Shown here: positions 1-13,620 of the stretch, in pieces
How positions within the stretch are numbered: the first letter of the stretch is position 1
Layout of the letters: each line of letters opens with the position of its first letter
Assembly: GCF_009914755.1 (NCBI RefSeq)
Contig: NC_060935.1
Strand: one strand, 5' to 3'
DNA length: 64,000 bases
Source of the DNA: the human T2T-CHM13v2.0 reference genome, Homo sapiens
Notes under the pieces: model-generated
The model's input: the letters and a program-made list of their open reading frames with translations, nothing else
Told to the model about the DNA's origin: nothing
Database searches by the model: none
Translations under genes and position numbers: made by a program

Positions 1-2720
1 CAGTTTGGATCCCCTGAACTGGGGCTGCCCACAGGAAGGCATGGTTTTCTCTTCTCCAGGGAGCTCAGCACACCCCCATCCAGCTCTACACTCAAATGGA
101 AGTTGAGGCCAGAGCCTCAGTGTACAGAAACTCAGGTCTTTCTGTACACTGGGTCAGGGCTCAGTGTGGGGCCAGGTCATGGTTCTTTGAAAGTTCTCCC
201 TACTACAAAGTTTACTCTGCAAATGGTGAACATCAGAGGTGGCTGAATTGTTTCAAGTATGCACAGTGAATCACTGCTGTACTGAATCGCTGCTGTGGAA
301 CAGTCAGCGCAGGGAGAAACGACAACGCATATTAATCACTTGATTATGATGTGTAATCATTTTTGTCATTTTTAGAATGTCAAAAAAATCTGTTGCAAAA
401 AAAAATCTCCTTATTGAGTTTTAAAACGTCTGTAGGTTTCTCCCAGTACCCTGGGGCAATAGAGACCCATCATAACATCAACCAGTGATGAGCCCTGCTA
501 ATGTGCTGGGTGCTTTAATTAGCACAGCTGTAACCGAGAAAGGATGAACACATTATCTCCAGAGGCTGGAAAACTTGCCTACAGACATGCAATTACTGGT
601 AAAGGGGAGGGGAGAACCCCAGCCTGCTGCCTCCTCTCCACCACTCCACGTGGCCTCAGTGTGCCCAAAGATAGCCCTCCAATCTGTAGAGACCAGCGCA
701 CATGGCCCCTGGCTGCCAGCCCCAAAGCCTGGAGCTGTTTCTCCTAAGACATAGTTTCTCAACTGTCTCATGCCCATGGGCTCCTCTGGGAAGAGCCATC
801 AGATCTCTGCAGTGTCTCCTGGGCTAGAGGGAAGCTTTCCTCTCCATACCCTCAGGACAGTAGACCCTGGTTTCCAATGGCAGGTTTGCTGAGCCCAGTG
901 TCTCCTGATATACCCACCCCATTTTCTTTCTCCAGGCAGAAACACTTACTGTGATGCCCTGTGGCAGAACTTTCACTTTTCACCCTAGTTTTTTTGTCCT
1001 CAAGCAGTCTGCATTCCCAAGACACTCCTTACTGACAGCAGATGAAACCAGTGCCTGACACTATGCCGGCACATAGTAGGTTTCTCAAGTCTGCTGAAGG
1101 AAGTCAGTCCTGGATGAAAACACATGTCACAGAGATACTGCCAGGAAGAGTACTACCTCTGGCTCACACAAACGCACTTTCCAACCAGGTCGTGAGTCCC
1201 TACTTCTGGGGAGCTGCCTCTGATCCTTAACCTCTGGCCCTGTTTTGTCCCTGCTATAAACAGATGCCCACTACCCCTCTTCTGGCAGCTGTTGAGATCA
1301 TCTATTTCCTCTCTCCCAATACATCTGAGCAGCATGAGGGCAGAGACTTGTCTGGGTCCTCTTCATATTTCAGGTGCCCAGCACAGGGCCCGGGGTGTGG
1401 CACAGAGAGAAAGCTTTGTTCCTTGGAACCTCCTCAGGAGGGCAGCGATGGCCTAACAGAAACGATATAAGCTAACCCTGAAAACTCCTAGCCCGAGGCC
1501 CGGGGAGATAGTGTTCCATGTCATGAGGTTTCTTGCCACCCAGAACCTGGGAAGGCCAGGCCCTCAACTTCGGAGAAAGGGCAGCCTCAGGCGGGAGGCA
1601 GAGCAGAGCTGCTCCATAAATCCCCTTCCCACTCGGAGAGAGACACACCACTGGGACAGGCCCGGCCACTTCGGGACATGCCTTGAGTGGAGGGAGAAAT
1701 GTTTGTGGAATTGAATGGAACAAACTGTAAAATGCTAGCTATTTGTTCCTCTGGCTGCAGAGGCCAGTTGCCCTCTGGGGGCAGTTTGCAGGCAAATTAT
1801 CTCAGGACGAGGCCTGTTTCCTCTAATGAGGCTTCCCCGCTTTGCAGCTCTGCTCCCAAGAGAGTTGGAGGGGACAATGCTCAGAGCCAACCCCAGAGGC
1901 CTGCACTGAGGAAGCATACATGGCTCACCATTCTACACAGTGTGGGCGGCACTACCACTATCCAAGGCAGGGGGATGCTCCCCACGACCTTCTGGGTGCA
2001 GGAATTCTGAGCAATGCAGCACCTCCTCCAAGGCCCCTCTGGGGAAACAGGGAGGAAAGGAGCAGGGAGGCATGCTCAGTTATGTAACCAGCTGCCTTGG
2101 AGTCAGAGTCCCTGGCATATCTCAGCCCAGCACTACGAGGAGAGGCTGTGGGGGCTGGGGGTCTTTCTTCTCTTTTGCTGCCTCCTCCAGACCTGGCAGA
2201 CCCTGTAGCAGGCGCTGCTTTCCAAGTGCCTGAGCTCCAAGCAGGCACCTCCTACTTGGGGTTGGGAACCAGGAAAGCTGTTGTTTTCTGAGTGTGTGAA
2301 ACAGTGGCCTGCTGGCTCCCTTGGCAGAAAGCCAGGCTCGGGGCTCTGCACAGGGGTGAGGGTTAAGAAAGAGGAGCCTGGGGCCAGGATGCCAAGGGAC
2401 TTCCCTCCACAACCGCCCCCAGCTTCCTGCTCCCCAATCTCTCCCCACTTCCTCCTAGAGAATCTGCCGTGGGTGAGGGGCCAGAGGGGAGTGGCGCCAG
2501 CAGCCCCAGCACCACACTGCTGCTGCTGGCCCTGGGCAATCTCACTTCCCTTCCTGCCTTCCTTGGAGCTTCTCCGCTGGCCGGCACAGCCCCCACTCCC
2601 TGTGCCCCCACCCCCGCGCACTCAGCTGTGTACACTACCCTGGACCATGGAAAAGAGGGATGAAAGAGGAGGAAGGGGACATGGGAGAGGGAAGGAGCTG
2701 AGATCCACCCTCAGTCTTGA

Positions 2721-3230
<510 letters not shown>

Positions 3231-5398
3231 TGGGAGCCCCTCCTCCACACTCTCTGAGGGTGCTACTTGGGCAATTCCTACACAGATGGAAATGACACTG
3301 CCCAGCCCTGGGGAGGGAGCCCTCGGCCTTAAAGAGTCCCTCGCTGAGGACTAGTTTGGGAACCACAGGACAGTCCCAAAGACAGGACCAAGGCTCAAGG
3401 GCAGGACATGCTTGGGGAGCCAGGTGGGCAGACTGCTGCTCCCAACTGTCTTCCCTTCCCACCCAGTCTAGGCTGGCTCAGACTCCTACACTGTCTGCCA
3501 CTTCCAGAAGGCAGGGCTGCCAGAGGCCAAGCTGTCCCGCCAGAATCACACTGCTGCTCACGCCCTCTCCCCTCCTAACGAGAGAAGGAAAGGGTCCTAG
3601 GGAGGAGCCTCTAGGCCAAAGCCTCTCCTACTTCCTGCTTGACACATAGAGAAACTGAGGCCCAATGAGGAAAAGCAGCTTGCCTATGGCAGCACAGGGA
3701 CAGTGAAGAAGTGAGATCCCTGTCTCCCAGGCCAGAGCCCCTTCCCTCCATTCACCCCACTTGGGTGCTCTCCTCAGATGGCACCTTTGGGCATCTGCCC
3801 ACTTCTCTCCCTCTTTCTCACCTTCCCTCTGCACTTCCTGCTTCCCTCTCCGAGCCCTGCTCTGCAGACCCATTTCTGAGCCTCCCCTGTTACATCTCCT
3901 CCCAGCCTCACCACCTCACCCCCCTTCCCTCTGCTCTGGGCCAAGGAGCAATGCTTGGGTGGTTTAATTAGCTGATTATGACCGCAGCCTGCTGGATGCA
4001 GTGCCCAGAATTCTGTCCCCAGTAATTAGGTGGGTTCTGAGTACTTGCCCAGTGGGGAGCCGATGGGGAGCTCTGTGCTCTGCCAGCCAAGGGAGGCTGT
4101 CCAGCTGAATAAAGAGCTCCTTGATCACCGGTGGGTCATCGGAAACCATGGTCCCCTCCTCAGGCCGGGTCAAACCACACTGGAGGGACTGCAGCCAGAC
4201 CCAGATGTCCATCCTAAGGAGGGACTCCCTACTCTCCCATGCCACTGCCCACACCCGGGAAAGGCTCAGTACATGACTGAGGATGAGGATGAAGAATGGA
4301 GCGCGCCCTCCAGAGGCCGGGAGAGAATGGCTCCGTGGCCGGGGCACCTATTTAGGAAGTAGGATTGGACCAAGTAGACAGAGAGGCGCAGCAGGAACAA
4401 AGGCCCTGAGGCGGGAATGAGCCGCCAATCCCCTTCCCAGAGAGCTCTGGTTGTCAGAAAATACAGTCTTCAAGCAAGGTAAAGCTGAACATCCAGTGAC
4501 CTCTGCCCTTTAGGTCACAAAGAATAATCTAATTCCTATGGCTCTGGGCTACTTTGAGATATTTTGAAATCAGCAATGATGTCCTATGGTCCTCACCAAC
4601 CACACTGCCCACCCCCTAGAGTATCTCCTCCCAGCGAAATGCCTTGGCTGAACAAATATTTATGGAGCTCAGCGGCATGCCAGGTCTGCGCAGGTGCTGG
4701 GGACAAGCAGATCCAGGGTGCTCTTGAAAAGTTCTTGACCTCACAAGATGACATCATCACGAGTGTGCAAATAACCAGGACCTATGCAGGGAGGGAGGGA
4801 TGAGTGCTGAGAGAGAGAGATTACAAGAAGGTCACAAAGCGCTGGGAATCCAGTGAGGGCTTCCCAGAGGAAGAGGTGTATGTGATCCAGGCCTTGAAGG
4901 ATGGGACAGCTGTTGTATGTGGTCAAGTCAGCAATCAGGTACTGAAAGCCAGCAATAATACAGGCTTGTAATGAGGCCTTGGGAGGCTCAAAAAAATGAA
5001 TCAAACAGGGTCCTTCCCTGGGGGAGCTCACAGCTGGGTTAGGGAGGCAGGGCCGGTGAGACGTCATATAAGCGATAAGAACCGCATAAAACTGACCTTG
5101 CACAGGGACTTTCTTTGCTTTATCTTACTTAATTTTAACTCAGTCCTCATGACAACCTACTACCCTATTTTACAGATAAGGGAGCCACAGCAGAGAAAGG
5201 GTTAAGTAATCAGGGAAGCCACCCAGCTGGTAAGTGTCAGAGCTGGGACTGGAAACCAGGAAATCTGGTTCTTCCAAGAGCCTAACCGCTATGCTAATCT
5301 GCTAATAATCCATGCTAATCAGATCACCGAAGGGCCTGCAGGTGCCCAGAGGAGGCCCCAGAGCAGCAGAGAAGGCTTCCTGGAGGAAGTGTTCCTGA

Positions 5399-5738
<340 letters not shown>

Positions 5739-6195
5739 TGAACATGACTGCTGTTCAAGGACCTGATACCATGGGAGACAGCACTACCCTTTCGAGCAGT
5801 AGCCAATTCCTTCCTGGCCGCCAGCACCCAACACCCATCCCCACCCAGGACACACTCCCTGGTGGTCTCAGTCCCACTGGCCTGTAGCAGAGGCCTGAGA
5901 CTTTGGCCGCCCAGAAGAAAGGTCACTCCTGGACCTGCTAGCAAAAGGGCCTCTCACCTGATTTGACTTCACAGGGAAACTAGGACCCAGAGAGGGTGCA
6001 TGTCATGCCCAAGGTCACACAGCAATAAGTAAGCAGTAGAGCATGCCTCTGGGACCATTCTGAGATGGTGAGCCACAGCAGTCTACTCCCCACCCCTCCC
6101 CTGGCCCTATGCCAAAACCTGTCCATGCCCTTTGCACAAGGCAGGGGCAAGGGTGAAGAGGGAACAAACCTAGCAGAGGTTTGCTCACCCTCTGT

Positions 6196-7160
6196 CCAAC
6201 CCTCTGTTCTCCAACCCCCTACTAGGACTCAAACCACCCCTAGGATGGACGCATCCTGCACACGGGAAGGCAGAAGAGAAGGTGCCCAGGAACCATCTGA
6301 GATGATACCTATTCTAATCCCAGGGCTCATGTGGGAGACAAGGCCCCAACTTCAGGAGCCCCCAGTGTGATGGGGGAAGAAAGGAAGAAAGAGTTCAGTC
6401 CAGTTCGACAAGCCTCCCTGCAAGGCTGAGGGAAGGGTGTGGCCGCACAAGGACCAAGTGAGTTGGTTGTGGGCTACAGGCCCAGGGCCAGCATGAAAGG
6501 GACCTCCTGCCTCATCCAGGCCCATACACGGGCTGTTGAACCACTGAATGGTTCAGACATTGCATCCTGCCTCCCGCTGACTCGACATCAGTCACAGTGC
6601 TTCCAGTGCTGAAGGCCCTTTAGACCAGCAGATCCCTCTCCAGGTGCAGGGAGGCAGAAGCTCAACTGTGGCCTCAGCCAGGTGCCGCCCAGCCCCAGGC
6701 AGAGGAAAAGCTGTTCAGTTCCTGCGGTGACCTTAGTCACACACAATTCTGGGGACCTGTCTTGTCCAACTCCCAGGGGCTTCATCTGGCACCAGGTCTC
6801 CTGGGAAGGAACAAGCAGTTCTTCTGAAGTGGGGCTAAAGATGGGGCCAGTCCCAGGAAGGAGGAGGCGCGTCTCCCGAGAGATGACCCTGCCAGGGCCC
6901 CTTAGGGAAGGCGGGAGGGGGCTGGGACAACAGAGTCCTTTGTTACCCTCTCAAAAGCAGCCACCCTGTCCTGCCAACCCCCTCTGTTCTCCAACCCCCT
7001 ACTAGGACTCAAGCCACCCCTGGGACAGGAACCATCCTGTCCACATAGGAGGGAAGAACACAGGGTGCCCAGGGACCATCTGAGACGATACCTGTTCTAA
7101 TCCCAGGGCTCACATGGGAGACAAGGCCCTAACCTCAGGAGCCCCCGGTGTGATGGAGGA
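6196..7160 (+). repeat. Local direct duplication of about 185 bp (6196-6377 and 6974-7160)
   Basis: Shared CCTCTGTTCTCCAACCCCCTACTAGGACTCAA...GGTGCCCAGG...ACCATCTGAGA...TTCTAATCCCAGGGCTCA...TGGGAGACAAGGCCC...CAGGAGCCCCC.GTGTGATGG. Confidence 0.9.
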
Positions 7161-9409
7161 GACATCCTTCCTTCAGAAGCCTCCAGTCTGAGGAGGGAGA
7201 CATGGCTCCCACCTGCAAAAGCCAATCAGATGAGGGAGCCCCAGGCCTCCCGCTCAGGCGCCCCATGCTAATAGGAGTGGTATAACCCTGTCCCTCAGGA
7301 CTTCCCAGTCTGATGGAGGAGTCAGGACCCCACCCCTCTCTTTTGAGAACTTGCCTAATGTGGGAAATATCGCTTTCAGTCTTACGATTCACTAATGGGA
7401 AAGGCCTAATTTCAGCACTTAGGGAGTCCCTGGACCGATAGCAGAGGCAAGAAGGGAAAAAAATTTTCAGTCCAGTTCAGCAAACCTCTGCCAGGCATCT
7501 CCTGGGGAAGCAGACCCAGCGTGGGTAAGGAAGCATCAACTGAGAAACAGAAATAGCCCTGAACCACAAGCTGCTTACCAAATGGGGAGCTCACTCAGCC
7601 TGAGGTATGAATGAATAAGAAAGTACCTTGAAACCACCCCCTCCAGCATCCAAGACCTGCTGGCCAAGGCTGTCCCTTCCTCCACAGCCTCACCCCTCAC
7701 ACTCCCACACCTGCAGCCAGTATCTGCACCTTGGCCTAGGCTCTTTCTTCTGTCTAGAACACCTTACTCCTGCCTAAGTCTTTCTCATACTCCAGCACCC
7801 AGCTCCGGGGTCACCTCTTCAAAGAAGCCTTCCTCCAAGTCCCCCACCTGAGTCAGAAGCCCCTCCTTTCTGGAGCCAGCACATTACATGTCTTCCCCAG
7901 GACCAGCTCACACTTCACAACCCCTCAGCCTGAGCCTGAAAGGAGAGCACAGGGCAGTGGTCTTCTGCCTCTGGACATAAGGCAGAGGGAGGGGGTGGAT
8001 GAGATAAAACCCCTAGGTTCCCATACCCAGTCTTCACTGCCTGCCGCCATACTGCTTGCTCCCAGCCCAGGGCCTCACGCCCTTCCTCCAAGAGGCTCAA
8101 GCCTTGCTCCAGGCATGTAGAAAAGCAGGGTCCCCTCCCACTCCTCTCTGCCCGCTGTAGCCTAGTTTTGCCCTCACCACTCCACCAAAACCCATGCCAC
8201 CAGCTAATGCCTTCTGGCTGAATCTGAGGGGTCTCGCTCCAGCTCATCCTCTGTGGGTCTGTCCCTGCTTCTTTGGCTCCAAGAATATGGCCTTCCGTCA
8301 GTTTCCTCCCTCTTCTCTCCATACCCAGGCACTGGTGCTCTCCAAGGCCCTGGCTGTCCCTAATCATCCTCTCTTCATACTCTATACCTCCTCCCTATGC
8401 GATGTCATTCATCCACATTTCCAAAGCCCTGCCTCGCACCTTGATTCTTACCCCAGGATCCAGACCCTTCTATGCAGAAGCCCCACTACGTCCAGCCTAT
8501 AACAGACTGCCCTGGCTCCCTCACCAAGCTGCTCCCAGCCATGCAGGCCTCAGCCAGATGGTAGGCGCGGGCACTCTGGCAGTAGCGGAGCATGGCTGTG
8601 TAGAGGCCAGGACCTCACTTGGGGTGTGCTGACTCCCAGCCTGCTGTTCTACTGCCACCAACCCAAAGTGTCAGAAGCCCTGGAAGTGGCAAGCCCACAA
8701 CTCAGGACCTCTGGACCCATGCCAACGGGAGGCGTCAGCCTCAGGCAAGGAGGCCCAAACTTGGAAGGAAGAGAGCAGTGGAGAAGTCTGAAGCCCAGAG
8801 GCCGGCCTGGAATCAGGGATCAGAGACAGTGGGCCAGACTTGATGCTACCACTCCCAGCGGCCCCATGAGCAGCCCTGGCCAAAGCCACAGGACTTCCCC
8901 ATGTTCCAGCCAAGATGGGTCACACAGGGCTTAACCACCAAGAGAAATGACAGCCAAAGTTCACAGAGAGCTGGTGATTACATGTCCTCATCACCCTCCT
9001 TTCTCTGAAAAAAGAGGAGTTCATCTGCAGGAAAGGAAATTCCATTCCCTACCACTGCCTCTCAGGAAGTCCCTCCTGTTGTCTAAATCTGATCCTTCAT
9101 GTTGTCTGTTGAGTAAGTGGAAACGGCAAGGCCCAGAAAGGACGCACAACTTGAGGCTGGGAGCTGCTGGGGAGGCCAACTGTGAGCCAGACAAGGCCCC
9201 CTCTCTTGGGCAAAAGCGTCGAGTAGCAGAGAGGGCTTTGTGGGTCAATAGGCCTGGGTTCTTATGCTTGCTGGCTGAATGGCAGTGAACAAATACTTAA
9301 TCTCTTCTAGTCTGTTTCCTCATCTGCAAAATGGGGACAACAATGACTACACTACTAGATTACAGTTGAATTCATTGAGATTATGCGTGTAATTCTAACA
9401 CACACCAGA

Positions 9410-10125
9410 TACCTGGCAAAGGTCCAATCGACCAGCAAGGTTGATGGACTCCACCTCCTATTCACATTCATATTTCTCAACTCTATCCTCTCTGCAGCCT
9501 AAGTTCAGAGCTCACAGCCTTAGTTCTCAGGTTTCTCCCCAGCCTCCTCACTGGTCTTCCTGCTTCTAGGCCTGCTCTTCCCATCCACCCTACTTGGCGC
9601 TGCCAAAGACATCTCTCTGAAATGAAAACATCTGCTTCCAGCCCTCTGCTGCCTCACACTCTTCTCTGAATCACCATCCACTTCAGGAGAAAATGCTCTC
9701 TCCTTAGCCTGACATTCCCAGACTGCTGGTGACCGGTCTGTGTTTACCTCTTAAGGCTCACTATCATCCCCAGCCCAGGCCCCAGGCTGCACGCCTTGCT
9801 TCCTGCCTCCAAGCCACTGCACATTCTGCACCCTTGGCCAGAAATATCATTCCCAATCCCGCCCCCTTGGCCTATTCATCCTTCCAGATGAAGCTCAGTA
9901 GTTCCAACGCCACCTCCTTTCCAGGAGAGCTTCCTGTACCATGCTCCCTGCCTGGGCCTGGGTTGGGGACTTCTCCTTAAGCCTCCCACAACACATGTCA
10001 TCCTGCGTTATGACCACCTGCTCTGCTCTAAATCCCTGGAGGACAGAGTAGACTCCTTCCTTGCTGAATCCCCAGGCCCTGGGCACTCAGAAGGCACTCA
10101 TCAACATTTGTTGAATGAATATATG
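9410..10125 (+). mobile_element. L2 3' fragment
   Basis: Pyrimidine-rich L2-like body ending gcactcatcaacatttgttgaatgaat. Confidence 0.55.
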
Positions 10126-10191
10126 ATTGTTCCCAGAGCACCTTGCAGCAACCATCATACTCCTGCCCTGTGATTAGTCCTGTCCAGGTAT

Positions 10192-10483
10192 TTTTTTTTT
10201 TTATTTTTTCAGACAGGGTCTCACTCTCTCATCCAGGCTGGAGTGCAGTGGCATGATCATGGCTCACTGCAGCCTTAACCTCCAGGGCTCAAGTGATCCT
10301 CCCACTTCAGCCTCCAGAGTAGTTAGGACTATAGGCATGTGCCACCACACTCAGCTAATTTTTGTGTTTTTTGTAGAGATGGTATGTTGCCCAGACTGGT
10401 CTCGAACTCCTGAGCTCAAGCAATCTGCCCATCTCAGCCTTCCAAAGTTCTAGGATTACAGGCGTGAACCACCGCGCACAGCC
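10192..10483 (-). mobile_element. AluJ in ARRB1 intron 1
   Basis: Diverged dimer; TSD CCTGTCCAGGTATTT on both sides. Confidence 0.93.
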
Positions 10484-12404
10484 CTGTCCAGGTATTTAAC
10501 ACCTCTTTCCCCCTTGACCCTGGGAGTTCCTAGAGGGCAATGACAGTTTGTGATAAATTTTCATTGTCACTTTCACATGGGGGTGCAATTCCAGATGGAG
10601 GGATGGTTGCGATGATTCCTGATGTTCAGTTTTTGATATCTGCAGATTCCTCTTCTAAGTCATAGGTACTCATGCCTTACGGAAAAAGACAAGGTACAGC
10701 CCATTACTGATTTTGCCCTTCTTTTCCAAATTACTTAGCCAACTGTCCGGAAAGGGACAGAAAGGCCTCATGGGGCTGCAGGAGAGTCTGAAGGGGAGGT
10801 CTGGGCCACCATCAGGTGGATTTAGCCGGGCCTTGGCTCCAGGCTTCAGGCAGTGCCTCTTCCCCTGCCCAGTGAAGTCAGTAAGTACAAGGGAAGCCCT
10901 AAAATGTAAGTATTGATAGCTCCAGTTTACAGATGGGAAACTAACGTCCGGAAAAGTAAAGGCAATTGCCCAATGTCCCAAAGGTCCACCAGTGAGTTTG
11001 AGGCAGGGCAGGGGGAGCCATGGAAAATACCTTGGCCTCAGAGACAGGGTCTCCAACAGGTGCCTGGAAGCCCATGGTGTCCACATCTTCCTGACAATCA
11101 TGTCAGCAGGACAACAATGACACTTATCCCCCAAGTCACAGAGAGGTACAGAGAGACCCAAGAGAGGCTGAGTCACTCCGATCACAAGGCAGCCTAGGAA
11201 GGACAATGGAGTGGAGAATGGCTCCGACTCCCTGCTATGCCCTGCAGGAAGAAAAGCCTGACCTCATGGGTCAAGAGGGTCTTAATTTCAGGGCAGATGG
11301 ATGTGGCTGGGGAAGGAGTCACATACCTTCCTACTGAGGACAGAGGCCTAGGTCACAGTGCTGGCCAGCCAGCTGCAATGGGGACTAGCCATCAAGGTTC
11401 ATGCAGACACAGCATGATCTTCTGCCGTCCCCCCCAAAGCCTGGGCCTCCAGCACAGAGCAGGGCTCCCCTCCCTGGCCCATGAGGGGCCTGGCAGTGCC
11501 CTAGGGCCATCCACAGAGACATGACCAAGTGGACTCCAGCCTCCGCCCTGCCTCTGGCCCCTTTTGACCTTAGGCAAATCACATGGCCTCTAGCCCTCTG
11601 GTTCCTCTGCTAGAAAACAGGAAGAGGAAAATTAACCTCCTGGAAGAGCTGTCAGGAGGATGGCTGGAAAGTAGTTTCTAAACATTAAGAGCCTGAGTTG
11701 CCTCTGAGCCTGTTTCCTCCTCTAGAAAATGGAAATAATCTCTGCAAGCCCTTTCTCACACTGTGGAGAGAGAGTCTTAGATGGCAGTGGGTGAGAAATA
11801 GCTTTGTCAGTGGCCCTGAAAGGTGGTGCCCACCGGGGTGGTGTCTCTCTAGTCTGTTAGCTCCTTCAGGGGAGGAGTGGGCCTTGCGCATCTTTGATCC
11901 CCCACACTACGCCTAGTATACAGCAAGAGCTTAATAATAAATGGAAACGAGGAGAGGGGAGGGGAGGAAAGGAAGGAGGCAGAAGTCGGACACAAGAATA
12001 GAAGAGAAAGACAGAAAACAATGAGAAAGAGGGGGAGCCCAGGGAGAGGCTGCTGTGCCCACTTAGGGGGTGGGGAGGGCAACGGGGAAAATAGGGTGGC
12101 AACGCTGAGCCCCTGACCAGCGCTGGTCCTGTCTGAAGGGCTGCCCCCAGGGGCTGTCCTGCTCCAGCCCCCTCCTCCTTTTGTCCCAGTTTCCCCTTTC
12201 AGAGGCAGAGACTGTTTCTGAGTATTTCAGGACAGGTTCTAGGAGAACGGGAGGGGTTCTCCCAGCCCTAGGTTCAAAACAGCCCCTGGCCAGCCACTCC
12301 TCAGGAGGTCAGAGGGAAAGGGAACAGAGTAGATGGATGGGATCTATTTGGATGAAATGCGATCTGTTTTCCCCAGGCTGGGGGTGGCGGGGGGCGCTCT
12401 ACCC

Positions 12405-12900
12405 TGTGTGATGTGTGTGTTTCCACTTCTGGCCATGTGGGGCCTGAAGCGTGTGTGTCAGCGGGCCTTGGGCTAGCAGCTCGTGCCTGTGGGGTGCCAG
12501 TCTTTGAGGGCATCAGTCTGATTGTGTCTGTGGGGGTCAGTGTTGGTGTGGCCTTGCGCTCCGCTGTGTTGGTGAGACATGCCAGCACAAGTGTGTGTGC
12601 CAGTGAGGGTGATGTGTGTGCCAGCAAGAGTGTTTGCTACAGCGAGTGCAGGTGACAGTGTGCGTATCAGTGTATGCCCACACGTGTGTGCCAGCACGAG
12701 GGTGTGCTAGAATTGGTGTGTGTTGGATTGTGAGCTGTGCATGCCAACAAGGCTGTCAGCAAGAATGTGTTGACCGAGGCGTGTATGACGGCGTGCCACT
12801 GCGTGTGATGAGCGTGTGCTAGCGGTTGCCAGTGTGTGCGCCAGCATGCCTGTGCCACGGGTTAGTGTGCCCGTGCGTGTATTGTGTGTCAACCTGCCCC
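12405..12900. repeat. Degenerate TG-rich low-complexity tract with recurring GTGTGTGCCAG motifs
   Basis: GTGTGTGCCAG copies near 12593, 12615 and 12684, a variant near 12832, and TG runs throughout. Confidence 0.75.
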
Positions 12901-13181
12901 CGTGCGTCTCTGCGGCTGCCGGCCAATGCTGGGTGTCAGCGAGCTGTGTGTCCGGGCCAGGAGCTGCGGCCCACATGGGGCGGCCCGGCCCTCGCCCTTT
13001 GGGTCCCCCCGCCCACGGCCCTGCCGGGGAGACCACACAGGAGACCTCGGGTGGAGGAGAGCTGGTACTAGATCCCGCGGTGGCCGCGAACGCAGAACCA
13101 GGACGCAATCGGAGCCCCCGCCCGTGTCCTCGCCGAGGTCGCCCCCACGCGCCCCCCGCCGGGCGGCCGCCCTGCACTCAC

Positions 13182-13201
13182 CGGGTCCCTTTGTCGCCCA
13201 T
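13182..13201 (-). CDS. ARRB1: Beta-arrestin-1 coding exon 1 (MGDKGT + 2 nt of R7); intron 1 runs off the left edge of the window
   Basis: Minus strand reads gcggaccATGGGCGACAAAGGGACCCG|gtgagt: strong Kozak context (ACCATGG), the beta-arrestin-1 N-terminus MGDKGTR and a canonical donor. It lies in a CpG island about 48 kb from RPS3, matching the known gene order. Confidence 0.96.
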
Positions 13202-13247
13202 GGTCCGCGACGGTCGCAGGGAGGTCCGCGGCGTCAGCGCCCAGGCT

Positions 13248-13258
13248 GGAAAATCCCC
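13248..13258 (-). promoter_or_regulatory. NF-kB site (GGGGATTTTCC) in the ARRB1 5'UTR
   Basis: Plus strand ggaaaatcccc = minus GGGGATTTTCC, containing GGGATTTTCC, which fits GGGRNNYYCC. It is an AT-cored motif embedded in otherwise very GC-rich sequence. Confidence 0.6.
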
Positions 13259-13421
13259 AGCCAGCAGGAGGAGCGCGGGCCAGCCCGCTCCCGGCTCCCT
13301 GCTCCGCCTCCTCCGCTCTCCCGGCCGCCGCCGCCGCCCCCGCCCCCGGTCCCCGCCCGCCGCCCGCCGCGTCGAGCAGCGCAGCGCCCGGGCCGCGGCC
13401 AGGGGCGTGGAACCGCGCGGG

Positions 13422-13620
13422 GTGTGTGCGTGTGTGTATGTGTGTGTGTGCGCGCGTCTGCGTGTGCGCGCGCCGCCCAGCGAGGCAGGGCAGCGCGGCG
13501 GGACGCGTCAGGGCCCCAAGGTCGGCGTTTGTGGTGGGGGAGGGGGTCCACCCGCGTGCGAGTCCGTGTGAGAGTGTGTGTGTGTGTGTGTGGTGGTGGT
13601 GGTGGTGGTGTGGTGTATGT
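13422..13620. repeat. (TG)n/(CG)n and (TG)n-(TGG)n microsatellites upstream of the ARRB1 TSS
   Basis: gtgtgtgcgtgtgtgtatgtgtgtgtgtgcgcgcg at about 13422-13456; (GT)n then (GGT)n at about 13574-13612. Confidence 0.9.
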
